This document shows, one piece after another, positions 18,136-29,155 of a stretch of 39,118 nucleotides of DNA. Each line of letters starts with the position of its first letter. Within the stretch, counting starts at the first letter, position 1. Below the pieces are notes generated by a model. That model worked only from the letters and a program-made list of their open reading frames with translations, did no database searches and was not told the DNA's origin. A program made the position numbers and the translations under genes. The stretch is from Escherichia phage KKE5P. The stretch lies in sequence record PQ356293.1, one strand, 5' to 3'.

Positions 18136-19896
18136 TCACCACTCAATGAAAGACGTACCGTAGCCCTCATCGTCCTCAGAGTACACATCAACTCCTCCTA
18201 CAGACATCTCAATGATATGCGTAGCGGCAACCGTAGGACGCATCATGTGTTCCTCAAGGAAGTCAGCAAGCACTTCACCTTCGACCTTAACGGAATCCAA
18301 CTGCATGGACTCACGGAGATACTCAATGCCTAACGCAAGGGCATCCAATCGGTCATCATGTGCCAGAGCGCCTTTCTCACGAGTGATACGGGTCATCTGG
18401 TAGAACAGTGAGTACTTAACGTCATGCTTACCGTCTACGTCACGAGCGGACTGATAGTCTGCCCTAATGACCTCATCACGAATGACAAGGCGGTGAGTCT
18501 GCATGACTGGCTCAAGGGTATCACAAATACGCATCTCCTTCATACCACGAGCACGAATCTCTTCCATCGCACAGTTGTGGTGTTTAAGGAGGATAGGACT
18601 GAATACCTTACCAAACATACCATCACCGAAGTTACTCTCGTAGACAACCGTCTGGACTCCCCATTGCTTAGCTTTCTTGGCGAGCGACTCAAGGGTCTTA
18701 TCGGAGTAACCATCACGGAAACCTCCAGCTTCCATTAGGTAGATGTAACCGTTGAGGGTGTACAGCACAGCGTAACCTGTTTCATCCTTACCACGACCAC
18801 TTGGGTCAATGACCAGAATCTTCTGTTGATACTGACCAGAGTTGTTGGAGCAGTCGTGATAGGTATGCAGGTCATCACCCTTAAGGCCCACGTTAGGAAG
18901 GTCCTCAATGATGTTCTGACGGTTCGGAAGCCACTGGTAATGCATTGGTGCCTTCTCTAAGTCTAAGGCCGCTACTATAGCGTCACGGAGCCTCAGAGGG
19001 TACTTCTCGGCATCACTCAGGTTCGGGTTAAGCATGAACTGTAGCGTAAAGCCAGCCTTACCGTATTCCAATTCACGCTCACGTAGGTCATCACGGTCGA
19101 ATCGCACAGGGTCTGTTGGAGTACCAGCCAGAGCCTCAGGATTCTCCTCGTACTCCGCACGGAGCATTGGTGCCAGACGCTGAGAGTAGTAGAGGTTCTC
19201 TTCGCGTGTCCTTGGGTATAGAGCAGGCCAGATGATAGTGGTGTACCCACGGTTATCTTCAAGTTCCTTATAGAGAGTCATCTCAGTCTGAGGTGTTCCA
19301 AGGTAGATAACACGAGAAGTTGGCAATGGTTTAAGTAACGCAGCGAACTCCTGAACGAGAGTCCATAGCTTCTCACGGGCACCCATAGTAGCACTGTTAG
19401 ACGGAATCTCAACGTCATCAGCGATGATAATGTCAGCACGGCTACCAGTTAACTGACCAGTGATACCTACCGATTTCACACTAGGAGAGTGGTCAGGCTT
19501 AGCTGGGCCAACGTCAAAGCTGATTACAGAGTCACGCTGTCCGGGTCTCGGCTTCAACTCACTGAGAAACGGTAGAAGGTCAATGATGTTCTTGATGAAG
19601 ATGGAGTTAGCGTCTGCACGTTCCTTAGAAGCTGATACGATAAGTATCTTCAACTGAGGGTCTCTCCATAAGGACCACACAACGAACGCACAAGTGATGA
19701 ACGACTTACCGATACCACGGAAAGCCTGTAGGATGAACTTCTTGTTGTCTCCATTCGCCAGACATCGGGCCATGTCAATTTGACACTTAGTCGGCGGCGG
19801 GAGAGCAAGAGCCTTCCACAATACGAACAGGAACGCCACGAAGTCGCCCTTTAGTTGCGCCACAACGAGCGCATTACGATTGGCCTGAGTAGACAC
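18136..19896 (-). CDS. 19: Terminase large subunit gp19, 586 aa (apparent GTG start)
   Basis: (M)[65 protein letters not shown]...; first codon at 19894..19896 is GTG after AAGGAGGT. Confidence 0.97.
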   Translation of the reverse strand: MSTQANRNALVVAQLKGDFVAFLFVLWKALALPPPTKCQIDMARCLANGDNKKFILQAFRGIGKSFITCAFVVWSLWRDPQLKILIVSASKERADANSIFIKNIIDLLPFLSELKPRPGQRDSVISFDVGPAKPDHSPSVKSVGITGQLTGSRADIIIADDVEIPSNSATMGAREKLWTLVQEFAALLKPLPTSRVIYLGTPQTEMTLYKELEDNRGYTTIIWPALYPRTREENLYYSQRLAPMLRAEYEENPEALAGTPTDPVRFDRDDLRERELEYGKAGFTLQFMLNPNLSDAEKYPLRLRDAIVAALDLEKAPMHYQWLPNRQNIIEDLPNVGLKGDDLHTYHDCSNNSGQYQQKILVIDPSGRGKDETGYAVLYTLNGYIYLMEAGGFRDGYSDKTLESLAKKAKQWGVQTVVYESNFGDGMFGKVFSPILLKHHNCAMEEIRARGMKEMRICDTLEPVMQTHRLVIRDEVIRADYQSARDVDGKHDVKYSLFYQMTRITREKGALAHDDRLDALALGIEYLRESMQLDSVKVEGEVLADFLEEHMMRPTVAATHIIEMSVGGVDVYSEDDEGYGTSFIEW

Positions 19897-19905
19897 ATTA
19901 CCTCC

Positions 19906-20349
19906 TTACTTGATTTCCTGCTTGCGTTGTAGTTCACGAATAGTATCCTGTAACGCACGAATCCACGCGTCACCCTTCTGTGTCACTGCGATAATACGTT
20001 TAGCATCTCGGTCGTCAAGTTCGGCTCGACCATCAGGCTCGAATCCACACTGACCATCGGAGGTTCCGGTAGTCTTGATTCTGACGCGCAACCGCTTATT
20101 GTCGCTACGCAAATCAGAAATAATCCTATCAGTGCTCCCTTCCAGCGCGGCAAGGTCTTCTTGATACTTAGCCGATATTTCATTGATTGCTCTTTGAGTG
20201 CTCGCTGTAGCCTCAACTCTCTTAACGTACTCATTCTGTACCTCCTGTTTCCACTTGGCGTCCATTGAGTCTGACCCTAGATGCCATCCTAATCCGAATA
20301 GCATCCCAGCGAGAACCCAAGGGACTAGCTTACGTAAAAATTGCAGCAT
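19906..20349 (-). CDS. 18.5: gp18.5 inner-membrane spanin (Rz-like), 147 aa
   Basis: MLQFLRKLVPWVLAGMLFGLGWHLGSDSMDAKWKQEV... with N-terminal TM segment. Confidence 0.9.
   Translation of the reverse strand: MLQFLRKLVPWVLAGMLFGLGWHLGSDSMDAKWKQEVQNEYVKRVEATASTQRAINEISAKYQEDLAALEGSTDRIISDLRSDNKRLRVRIKTTGTSDGQCGFEPDGRAELDDRDAKRIIAVTQKGDAWIRALQDTIRELQRKQEIK
19983..20234 (-). CDS. 18.7: gp18.7 outer-membrane lipoprotein spanin (Rz1-like), embedded in 18.5 in another frame
   Basis: Lipobox-like TISGC and proline-rich tail; embedded +1 frame arrangement. Confidence 0.75.
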   Translation of the reverse strand: MSTLRELRLQRALKEQSMKYRLSIKKTLPRWKGALIGLFLICVATISGCASESRLPEPPMVSVDSSLMVEPNLTTEMLNVLSQ

Positions 20350-20404
20350 AATGCCTCCCGTTAACTTTCAGATTTCACGTAGGAGCATCTCGTGTAGACA
20401 ATGA

Positions 20405-20452
20405 CATCCATAAAGACCACTATAGGTAGTGGCCTTGAGTATATCACTGTAA
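20405..20452 (-). promoter_or_regulatory. RNase III processing hairpin (R18.5-like)
   Basis: ccataaagaccactataggtagtggccttgagtatatcactg. Confidence 0.55.
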
Positions 20453-20713
20453 AGTATAAACATCGTCATCAGTCAGACCATTCTCGCCGACTTTCTCTTT
20501 GTACTCTTCAAGAGCACCAGCAAGGCTGCCCAAGATGTTAACATCAGGCTGCAACTTACCAATCTGGAACTTGTGGCGGTCTAACAGTTTGTTGATGGCG
20601 TTGTAGAGTTGCGGGGTCCGACGCTCGTCGTTGGCTAAATCAGCAAGCATACGCTGAGCCATCGCAGTGTCCAACATCTCTAAGAACGCAATGAGGCTCT
20701 TATCTTTTTCCAT
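20444..20713 (-). CDS. 18: Terminase small subunit gp18, 89 aa
   Basis: MEKDKSLIAFLEMLDTAMAQRMLADLANDERRTPQLYNAINKLLDRHKFQ... Confidence 0.9.
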   Translation of the reverse strand: MEKDKSLIAFLEMLDTAMAQRMLADLANDERRTPQLYNAINKLLDRHKFQIGKLQPDVNILGSLAGALEEYKEKVGENGLTDDDVYTLQ

Positions 20714-20716
20714 ATA

Positions 20717-20920
20717 TCACTCCTTATTGGCTTTCTTCCAGTCAATAATCTTATCGACTACCTTGGCACCAATCTGAACCACTGTGTAGGCGATAGCTGC
20801 AACGTAGAACCACTCATTAAGACTCAGCCCGAAGAAAAGCCGAGCAGCGCCATCAGCCACACCCGTGCCAACAATAGGTGCAGCCTTGACTAACTCATTA
20901 TTAAAATCTAAAGACAGCAT
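20717..20920 (-). CDS. 17.5: Holin gp17.5, 67 aa
   Basis: MLSLDFNNELVKAAPIVGTGVADGAARLFFGLSLNEWFYVAAIAYTVVQIGAKVVDKIIDWKKANKE. Confidence 0.9.
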   Translation of the reverse strand: MLSLDFNNELVKAAPIVGTGVADGAARLFFGLSLNEWFYVAAIAYTVVQIGAKVVDKIIDWKKANKE

Positions 20921-20973
20921 GTATCGTCTCCTTTATTTAAAATATGGACATTCCGTTGTCCTGCTCGTGTTCC

Positions 20974-22851
20974 TTACGTTTGTGGGTAGTCACACACTAC
21001 GTCAATATAGTTGATTGCCTGTACTCCAGAACCTGTAGCCGCTACTAGTTTAACTTGATTCGCCGCAGGGAACTCTAAGGTGTACGACCAGTTAGCTAGA
21101 GTGATGTGCATTCGGTCAGCAGTGTTTGGCTGGAGGAACGGGCTACAACGGTATACCTGAGAGTTGGGGTTTTGGCTATCGGTGTGTGCGCCAATTACTA
21201 GCATCTTGTTGAGAATATCCTCAGAGCAAGTCACTGTTCTTCCAGTCGCAAGTTGTCCTTGAGACGTGCGGTCGCTAAACACTCGGCGAAGGAACTTCTG
21301 TCCAGACTTCTCGAGGTTCTCATTAGTAACCATACGTGTAAGTAGTTCGGTATAAACCTGCTCGACGCGAGAAGCCAACACAGCGGCATCCACTGAACCC
21401 GGATTGTTGACAACACCGTGAGTCCTGATAACCCAGACAATCACGATGCCATTCATACGGGCTTCATTAATGTCCTTCTTGTAGACGTCGTTCCACAGTG
21501 ACGCGTCGAAACCTAACTGAGCACCACCGGTATCGTTAGTTGCACCTTTGTTGGAGCGCCCAGCGTTGTAGAATGCACCAGAGGCACTGGAGGCCAGCTC
21601 ATTATCGGCAAGTGTAATCAGACCCTCAATGTTTGGTAGAGCTGACTTCTGAACGTCACCTACAGTAAACCCAGCGTCACCACGGAACACAGGAGCCTTA
21701 ATGGAACCCGCATAGACACCGTTTAGGTCTGGTACACGGAAAGTGGTCGTACCGTTACCTAAGGTATAGCAACCACGTTTACCGGGGTCAGCAAGCCATA
21801 CGTCGTCAGAGACAACCGGGAGGTGCCCTGCCAGTAACTCAGCGACTAGTGCAGGGAACTGGTTGCGGTTCAATAGTTGCCCGTCACCGTATACTGTACC
21901 CGGCTTAGCGTAAGTACGAGAGTTGTGAATCTCAAACTCACCAACCTGACGTACGGCCACGCCGTTAATCCGGTCAACCAGAGTGTTAAACTGAATTAGC
22001 TTATCGGATTCAGTCTTTGCACTACTTGCAGATGTCGCAGCGTTGCTCTCAGATACAGCGGCCTGTTGAGCAGACGTGTTGGCTGCATCGCGGTAACCCA
22101 GAGCATCATTGGCGTAATCACCAGCACGGTCAGCCTGTGCCTTAGCGTTCGCTACTTGTGCCTGAGAGTTACCCGCAGAGATTGCAGACGCATTAGCGCT
22201 TTCCTCAGAGGTCAACGCCCAATGCTTAGCGGAATACTGATTGGGGACCACGGGTGTACCTTTAGGGTTCTCAGCCCACTTCTTCGCCAACTGCTCGGAA
22301 GCCTTTGAGTTTGTCTCAGAGGTCTTAGCGTTATTCTCAGAAGTCTTCGCTTTGTTCGCACTATCGGCGGCACTACCAGACCAGCGATTCATCTGACCAA
22401 CCGTAACAGCGTCACCGGGGTCAATGCCATCCGCTACATTCACCACACGTCTACCACGCGCATCTAGATGACCATCGTTGTTTACACCTATAGTGTCAGA
22501 CGTTAAATCTCGCGCCTCTTCTGCCACATGCATAGTCTGAATCTGGGCCACGTTAAGGTCATACGCACGGAGGATAGAGCCATCTGTAAAGTCAACCAAT
22601 CGGTCGGTAGTGGATGTAACCCGCCGTACCTCGATGGTTTCATAGCTATCAGCCGGACCCCAAGCCTTAGTTAGGGATATGGTTGTTCGAGTAGCGAATC
22701 GGTAGTCTGCATTGATGGTAAGCACTTTACGGTCCTTACCAATAAGAGTTACCACTACGAACTTACGGGCCAGATACTCAAACGGGATATTAAAATCACG
22801 AGTTGAGCCATCTAACGGGTAAGTCAAAACGGTCTTAATTACGTTAGCCAT
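20974..22851 (-). CDS. 17: Tail fibre gp17, 625 aa (T7-like N-terminal domain, divergent shaft and distal domain)
   Basis: N-terminus MANVIKTVLTYPLDGSTRDFNIPFEYLARKFVVVTLIG... matches T7 gp17; beyond about residue 165 it differs from T7 as recalled. Confidence 0.9.
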   Translation of the reverse strand: MANVIKTVLTYPLDGSTRDFNIPFEYLARKFVVVTLIGKDRKVLTINADYRFATRTTISLTKAWGPADSYETIEVRRVTSTTDRLVDFTDGSILRAYDLNVAQIQTMHVAEEARDLTSDTIGVNNDGHLDARGRRVVNVADGIDPGDAVTVGQMNRWSGSAADSANKAKTSENNAKTSETNSKASEQLAKKWAENPKGTPVVPNQYSAKHWALTSEESANASAISAGNSQAQVANAKAQADRAGDYANDALGYRDAANTSAQQAAVSESNAATSASSAKTESDKLIQFNTLVDRINGVAVRQVGEFEIHNSRTYAKPGTVYGDGQLLNRNQFPALVAELLAGHLPVVSDDVWLADPGKRGCYTLGNGTTTFRVPDLNGVYAGSIKAPVFRGDAGFTVGDVQKSALPNIEGLITLADNELASSASGAFYNAGRSNKGATNDTGGAQLGFDASLWNDVYKKDINEARMNGIVIVWVIRTHGVVNNPGSVDAAVLASRVEQVYTELLTRMVTNENLEKSGQKFLRRVFSDRTSQGQLATGRTVTCSEDILNKMLVIGAHTDSQNPNSQVYRCSPFLQPNTADRMHITLANWSYTLEFPAANQVKLVAATGSGVQAINYIDVVCDYPQT

Positions 22852-22902
22852 TTTACCTCCTTAAGTAAATCTATGAGACTACAGGGAGAAGATTCTTTCG
22901 CC

Positions 22903-22925
22903 TCTCCCTATAGTGAGTCGTATTA
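22903..22925 (-). promoter_or_regulatory. T7-RNAP promoter phi17
   Basis: Promoter-sense taatacgactcactatagggaga overlapping gene 16 stop. Confidence 0.85.
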
Positions 22926-25900
22926 TTTCCGACGCTCCCTCAAGTTAACACCATTGGCCTCATAAATCTTAATCACAAGCTGTTGAGTTAGAGGGTCGTT
23001 AGGCACTAACTCTTTGGTCGAGTTCATTAAGCCAGTCATGAAGTCCTGCTCGGTTGCCTTGTTAGGTGAATTAACCACACCAGCAGCATTCATTAGGGTA
23101 GCCCCCACGTTAGCCACAAAGCCAGCAGAAGGCATCTGCTCCAGAAGGTTCGAACCCATAGCTCCCATTACCTCTCTTGAGGTGTACGGTTTGTTTGGGT
23201 CACGCTCCTTCATGGTGTCCTTAGGTAGAATCGTGGAGCGAACCATCTTGGAGGACTCGACCCCTAAGACACCGCCAATGAGGTCAGCCATAGCCAAAGG
23301 GGCACCTAATTGAGAACTACGAGACAACGAAGCGTGAGCAATCATGGTTGGGTCCAGTGCGCGCTCCAAGTATTCTTTACGTTGCTCCTTAGGCATCCCA
23401 TACGCTTTGACGTGTGCAGCCATAGCGTAGTAACCACCAGCGAGACCCATAGAGATGATACCAGTCAGCGCAGCGTCAATCGCTCGGTTGTTCTTGTAAC
23501 CATCATAGAAGGTTCGAATGAACTTAGAGTTAAGGGATTTAATGGTGAAAGACTTAAACTGCATCACCATCTTACCCAATGCCCCGAACGCATGGGAATC
23601 CTGTAAGGACACCTTATGCGGACGCAGCATTGCCTCATCAGCTACCTTGTCAGCCAGTCGCCATAAGTCCATAGCGCGAGGGTCCATAGAGAACGCTTGC
23701 TTATCCTTAACGGTAAACTTCCCGTCCTCGCCACGGACCATGTGTTCCTTGATGAGAGACTTAATGCCAGCCATCTGCTCAGGTGTCACAGAGGCACCAC
23801 GAAGGAATCCTTCTTTCTCCCAGCGGGTAGTCTTACCTGTTAGGGTGGCACTAATAACGTCCCCAAGCATACCTTGACGCGCAGCATCCAGAAGGTAGTT
23901 AGTGGTTCCGTTCAGCATCTTAGTCCACGGAGAGCGAGCAGCCAGTTCCTGTGTGGAATACTTCAAGGTCCCTACGATGTTCGCCACAGCGGGTCCGGTA
24001 TCAGTCGCTTCCCTTAGGCGCTGCACAATGTCAGCACGTTTAGGGCGAATCAACTGGTCCACCTCCTTCCCGAACAGAGACGCATGGAGTTCCTTGAGTT
24101 CCTTAGCGGAAACTGGTTTAGACTTGTAGAGTGTATCTCGCAGAATTGGGATACCGTGACCGAGAGCACGCACGTTACCTGTGGCAAACATCCCAGCAAT
24201 CTCAGTAAGGTTCTGAGCACCCATATAGGCGTTCTTAGCGAAGAACCCTAGGTCATTGATGGCTCGCATAGAGGTTTCCCACACAGTGTCCTGATTGCGT
24301 CTAGCACGACCAGTAAGAATCTTAACGGTATCCATTAGAGCATGAACCTCGCCAGTCTTCTTACCGTCACCCTCAGCTTTCGCTTTGAGAGCCAAAATCT
24401 CATCCTTAAGTTCCTTAGTGGTTTTACCAGTGGACCCCATGATGGCGATGTCACCATTAACACGGCGGTCATACGCTGGCATGATGCGGAACATATCGAA
24501 GTCCCTTAGGTCGTTCACTGAGAATTGCTGTCCGTCTGGCATAGTGATGGATAAGTCCGAATCGAACAAGTTGCGTGCCTCAAGGAATGAGTTGTTCTCG
24601 ATGCCCACTAAGCCCTCAATGTTCTCTTCGATTATGGAACTGTTGGTGAACTGGTCGGAATGGGAGATACCATACGCCTTATCCATAGCGTACTTCTCTA
24701 CCATCTCTGGCGTTACTTCCTTCACCCCATGCAATTCCTTAAGCATCTCATCGACTCTCGCCTTGACCTCAGGTCTGGAGACGTAGCTGTTCATCCATGA
24801 GCGAGCAATACCTTCCTGTAAACCTTCGGCACCGTAGCGTTGAACCATCAGCGCCTTAGCGTGTCGGTCATACACATGAGGAACGTAAGTACCTTTGTGA
24901 CGACTCTCAGGGAAGATACTAACAGCCTTCGTATTGCCGAAGATTGCTGGGTTCTCCATGAGTTCACGCTTGGTGTCAAAGTGACGCTTAATGATGTTCA
25001 TAACTACTCTCTCAGGCGGAGTGAGTGCATTCTGCAACTCTGGACGCTCAATGGCTAATGCCGCTCTACGATAGATAGTGTATCGAGCCTCTTCGCGAGA
25101 CATCTTAGCACCACCAGTAGAGAACTCAGGGTCTTTCATCGCGTCAGACATTGCTTTGTACAAGTCATTGTAAGTACGCTGGTCAGTACCGTGAAGCCGC
25201 TCGTGAATGTCAGAAGCTGTTGCACCGAACTTACCTGAGGAACCAGACTGCATACCAGTAGGAGAGCGAACGAGGTCGATAGCCACTCTACGGATGTCAG
25301 CATCGTCAGACCCCAAGGTCTTCAAGCCAATCTCGGTGAACCCAGCAAGTTTGATTCCTCGCGCAGCCTTCTCAGGGTCAACCTCAGAGAACTCTTTTAG
25401 AGTCTTAGGGTTGATTGGGTTGCTTGCACTTATAACGGAGCCATCATGCAGCACCACAGCGCCTTTCTCGGTCGGTAAGTCCTCATAAGGAATACCGTTA
25501 TGCTCACCTTCAAACTTCATGTTCTCAGTGTTCATCCGAGAGAGGTCCGTAGAGTTTGCGTTGCGTGCTGTCTCACGGGCTTCCATTCGCATCATAGGAC
25601 CAATGAACTCATTGTCAAACTCAGCTTCTGGTTTGCTACGTTTCAGTCCAGCAGCTACAGCGTCACTGATTGCGGACATACCAGCACCAAACATAAAGCC
25701 GCCTAAAGCAGCACCTGAGTAGTCAGCGTCACCACCCGCTATGGAGGTACGGAGACCTTCGGATGCAACGTTAAGCGCAGCACTCTCGGCACCAACTACA
25801 AGAGCCTTATTGACTAACTTAAAGCCCTTACCAGTTACACCGACCATAGGAACATAACTGAGTGGGTCCACGCCAGCACCAATAACTCCAGCACTAAGTT

Positions 25901-26879
25901 TGGCACCTAGACCAGCTTCGGCAGCGCGGGAGTCATTCTCAAAGTTCTCGTTGGCTAACTTAATGAGTTCGTCAAGATTCTCAGGGGAACCGCCAGTTAC
26001 CACGTTGATATACGCAGGGTTCTTAACCTCAGTTCGAATCTTCTCTAGCTCTTCTGGAGTCCAGGTGTGAGAGTTCCAGCGAGTCGGCGTAATGGTGTCT
26101 TTAAACACATCAAAACCATTATCGAGACGACCAGCACGGAAAGCCATACCAGCGACTGAGTTGGAGAGTTCAGCTTCGGCAGCGTCTTTGAATCCGAAGA
26201 AGGTTGAACGACTGTTGTATTCGTCAAGCGTTTCTCCGTGGGTCTCCCAAAAGTCCTTGGCGAATGGTTTCGCCGGAGCCTCCTGTTCGATACCCTTAAC
26301 GTCAAAACTTGTGGACTCAGGAAGTTCCTGTGTCACCTTCTGCTTATGACCAATTCCAGCCAGTCCTACCTCAGCCGGAATTCCTTTACCCTTTGGGGTG
26401 ATACCACCAAAAGTTTCCAACTGTCCAGCCATAGGTGACCGAGCGACATCCAGAAGGCTACGCATATAGTTGCGCCCCTCCTCAGAGATGGACGCGAAGT
26501 CTCCCTTAGAGTACGCCTCAAGTTGTGGATTACCCAAGCGTCCCTCGCCTTGGTTATACGCAAGGGCAGCTTTGAGTTCATCACCATCAAACTTACCAAC
26601 CAGATTCGCAAGGTGCTTAGCGGCAGCGTTGATAGCCAACTCAGGATTCAGTCGGTCATCGTCTGGACCATCGGTAACACGCAGACCCATTGCCTTAGCG
26701 GTTGCCTTGGTGAATTGCATCATACCCAACGGTCCAGTCTTAGATTTTGCTGTAGGTACAAAACGTGATTCCGTCCAAGCGACTTTACGTAAAAGGTCAT
26801 AAGAGACCCCGTTGGCATCAGCCGCCTTCTGGAACAGACCATCATAATCACTTGGTACGTTCTTATCGTACTTATCCAT
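22923..26879 (-). CDS. 16: Internal core protein gp16 with N-terminal lytic transglycosylase domain, 1318 aa
   Basis: MDKYDKNVPSDYDGLFQKAADANGVSYDLLRKVAWTESRF... nearly identical to T7 gp16 from memory. Confidence 0.98.
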   Translation of the reverse strand: MDKYDKNVPSDYDGLFQKAADANGVSYDLLRKVAWTESRFVPTAKSKTGPLGMMQFTKATAKAMGLRVTDGPDDDRLNPELAINAAAKHLANLVGKFDGDELKAALAYNQGEGRLGNPQLEAYSKGDFASISEEGRNYMRSLLDVARSPMAGQLETFGGITPKGKGIPAEVGLAGIGHKQKVTQELPESTSFDVKGIEQEAPAKPFAKDFWETHGETLDEYNSRSTFFGFKDAAEAELSNSVAGMAFRAGRLDNGFDVFKDTITPTRWNSHTWTPEELEKIRTEVKNPAYINVVTGGSPENLDELIKLANENFENDSRAAEAGLGAKLSAGVIGAGVDPLSYVPMVGVTGKGFKLVNKALVVGAESAALNVASEGLRTSIAGGDADYSGAALGGFMFGAGMSAISDAVAAGLKRSKPEAEFDNEFIGPMMRMEARETARNANSTDLSRMNTENMKFEGEHNGIPYEDLPTEKGAVVLHDGSVISASNPINPKTLKEFSEVDPEKAARGIKLAGFTEIGLKTLGSDDADIRRVAIDLVRSPTGMQSGSSGKFGATASDIHERLHGTDQRTYNDLYKAMSDAMKDPEFSTGGAKMSREEARYTIYRRAALAIERPELQNALTPPERVVMNIIKRHFDTKRELMENPAIFGNTKAVSIFPESRHKGTYVPHVYDRHAKALMVQRYGAEGLQEGIARSWMNSYVSRPEVKARVDEMLKELHGVKEVTPEMVEKYAMDKAYGISHSDQFTNSSIIEENIEGLVGIENNSFLEARNLFDSDLSITMPDGQQFSVNDLRDFDMFRIMPAYDRRVNGDIAIMGSTGKTTKELKDEILALKAKAEGDGKKTGEVHALMDTVKILTGRARRNQDTVWETSMRAINDLGFFAKNAYMGAQNLTEIAGMFATGNVRALGHGIPILRDTLYKSKPVSAKELKELHASLFGKEVDQLIRPKRADIVQRLREATDTGPAVANIVGTLKYSTQELAARSPWTKMLNGTTNYLLDAARQGMLGDVISATLTGKTTRWEKEGFLRGASVTPEQMAGIKSLIKEHMVRGEDGKFTVKDKQAFSMDPRAMDLWRLADKVADEAMLRPHKVSLQDSHAFGALGKMVMQFKSFTIKSLNSKFIRTFYDGYKNNRAIDAALTGIISMGLAGGYYAMAAHVKAYGMPKEQRKEYLERALDPTMIAHASLSRSSQLGAPLAMADLIGGVLGVESSKMVRSTILPKDTMKERDPNKPYTSREVMGAMGSNLLEQMPSAGFVANVGATLMNAAGVVNSPNKATEQDFMTGLMNSTKELVPNDPLTQQLVIKIYEANGVNLRERRK

Positions 26880-26905
26880 TTAGGGCCTCCTTATGTAGCC
26901 TTTAG

Positions 26906-29149
26906 TTACTCCTTACGTCCGTAGATGAACTTAGGAGTCTGTTTACGTTTCTCTCGGACTCGTTTAGCAGCAGCCTCACGGGCCTTCGTAGCGGCGACGA
27001 TAGGCGCTCGCTTGTTCACATCAGCCAGAGCCTTCTCACGAGATTTCTCTTCGAGTTTCTTCTGGTTATCGCTCCAGACCTTCGATAGCAACTCTTTGTC
27101 GTACCGGACCCGGACTTGACCAGTGGTATCCATAAGGTAAATGGAGTCACCTTGAGAGTACATGGTCAGTTGCTTGTTGGTTATCCACTGGTTGTTCGCG
27201 ATGATTCCCTTACGTGCTTCCTCAATAATATCACGACCTTGCTCCCATGATTTCGGGTCAGAGTTGACTTGCATCAGGTTCTTCGGAATTACACCAATGG
27301 TATCACCGTCAACATCGTCACCAGTGAACGTGTGGGTAGATTCCTTAAGGAACTTGGTCATCTGCTCCATAGCCATACTTTCGTTCCCTGAGCGATACTT
27401 AACGGAGTCATAAATCTTACGTGCGGACTCGCGCAGTGACGCTGGCATACGGGCAATCTCTGGAGCCTTAGACGCGTTCAGTGCGGACTCGAATGCTTTA
27501 TCGTCCTCAAAGCGTTGCTCTTTGGACCGCTTAACAGTCAGTCTGTCAGCATCAAGAATAACCTGAGGGTCAATGCCCTGCCTGTCCATCATGTCCATAG
27601 TCAGGAATAGCTCAGCTTGGTCTGGGTACAGCGCAGCAATCAACTGAGGGTCGGCATTGCGGATTCTACGTAGAGCATCCAGCGCTGGTGTTCGTTCAGG
27701 CAACTTACCGTTAATCACAGCGGCAGACCACTCTTGACTAGCGTCAGTCACCATAGTCCCGATTGCTGTACGGAATGCACCGTCCTTAGAGTCCGCTTGA
27801 AGGTATTTCAGCTTCATCATGTCCTTGGCGCTATCTGGAATGTCCATACGGTCAATCTCAGCGAGCTTCTGGTTGGCGTAGTTAACCATATCGCTATGCT
27901 TGAACTCACCAGTGTTCTCGTTGACTGGCATATCCTTAAAGTCCGTGGAGACCCACTCACCGTTGATTCGCTTCTGGAACTGCCTGTCGATTACGTCAAG
28001 TTTGTTCATAGACTTCATGGAGTCATCCAGAGCCTTGGCCTGAGCTTTCGTCCACGCGTTCATCTGGTTCTGAACTTGCTCCTGTGCGGAGATTAACCAT
28101 TGACGTTGCGGTGTCATCTGCTCATCAGGTTGCACCTTATCGAGTTCAGCCTTGATACCTTGAAGCATCTCCCACGCAGTACGAGGGTCCTCTTGGTTCA
28201 GCGCAGAGTTAATCTTCAAGCGGTACTGCTCGTTCAGCTTAGCGTCATTCTCAAACTGAGAACGTTGCGCTGTAACCATGAGAGCATTCCATTGTTCTTC
28301 GCCCATTAACTCTCGGTAAGTCGTAGTGGCTCCGTTAAGGGTTACCTTCTTGTCGCCGACTCGCATAAGGAAGTCAGCACCACCAGCACGGTTAGAAGCG
28401 TCACTGAACGCTTGGCTTATAAGCTGTGTGGCCTGAGCGTCCGATGGGATTGCCCCAGTAACCAGACCGTTGTCGATGTACTTCTCAAAGAAGTCAGCAG
28501 AGTCTTGGCGGCGAAGCATATCAGGGTCTTGAAGGACACCGTTGAGTTCCACTCTGCTGTTCATGATGGCACCCTTCTGAGCTTGCTGGCTCAAGAAGTT
28601 ATCATGTGCTCCATACAGCGAGACGTTACGCTCAGTAATGTCCCCATTGAACCCGCGCTGATAATCAACGTCATCAGGGTCAATCCCGAACTGCTCAGCG
28701 TATGCCTTAGCGCCCTCTTGAAGACGACTGTGACGGTACTGCTCCATCTCTTCACGAGTACGGAATACACCCTCTTTGACCTTCTGCATAACGTCATCGT
28801 CAACAAGGTACGCAGCGTTACGACCAGTCTTGACTCGTAGCGCTTCCATAGCGTATGGGTCATCCTGATACAGAAGGGTTCCGTTGTTGAGAGCTTCTCG
28901 GCGTTGCTCAGGGGTCAACTTACGGATAATCTCGTTAGAGCGTTCATCGGCTAGGTCGCGTGCTCGTTTCTCCTTAGCAGTATACATATCGGCACCAGCC
29001 TTAGCGAACAGACCAATGGTGTCTAATAGGCTGGACTTTGGTTGCTCAGCCTGAGTGGTTGCTGCACGATAACCCATACCACCAGTCCCGCCTCGTAACC
29101 GCGAGAGTCCCGGTTGTGCCGCTTGAAGGGCAGATTCAATCTTACTCAT
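26906..29149 (-). CDS. 15: Internal core protein gp15, 747 aa
   Basis: Length and sequence match T7 gp15 from memory. Confidence 0.97.
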   Translation of the reverse strand: MSKIESALQAAQPGLSRLRGGTGGMGYRAATTQAEQPKSSLLDTIGLFAKAGADMYTAKEKRARDLADERSNEIIRKLTPEQRREALNNGTLLYQDDPYAMEALRVKTGRNAAYLVDDDVMQKVKEGVFRTREEMEQYRHSRLQEGAKAYAEQFGIDPDDVDYQRGFNGDITERNVSLYGAHDNFLSQQAQKGAIMNSRVELNGVLQDPDMLRRQDSADFFEKYIDNGLVTGAIPSDAQATQLISQAFSDASNRAGGADFLMRVGDKKVTLNGATTTYRELMGEEQWNALMVTAQRSQFENDAKLNEQYRLKINSALNQEDPRTAWEMLQGIKAELDKVQPDEQMTPQRQWLISAQEQVQNQMNAWTKAQAKALDDSMKSMNKLDVIDRQFQKRINGEWVSTDFKDMPVNENTGEFKHSDMVNYANQKLAEIDRMDIPDSAKDMMKLKYLQADSKDGAFRTAIGTMVTDASQEWSAAVINGKLPERTPALDALRRIRNADPQLIAALYPDQAELFLTMDMMDRQGIDPQVILDADRLTVKRSKEQRFEDDKAFESALNASKAPEIARMPASLRESARKIYDSVKYRSGNESMAMEQMTKFLKESTHTFTGDDVDGDTIGVIPKNLMQVNSDPKSWEQGRDIIEEARKGIIANNQWITNKQLTMYSQGDSIYLMDTTGQVRVRYDKELLSKVWSDNQKKLEEKSREKALADVNKRAPIVAATKAREAAAKRVREKRKQTPKFIYGRKE

Positions 29150-29155
29150 AGTTCA

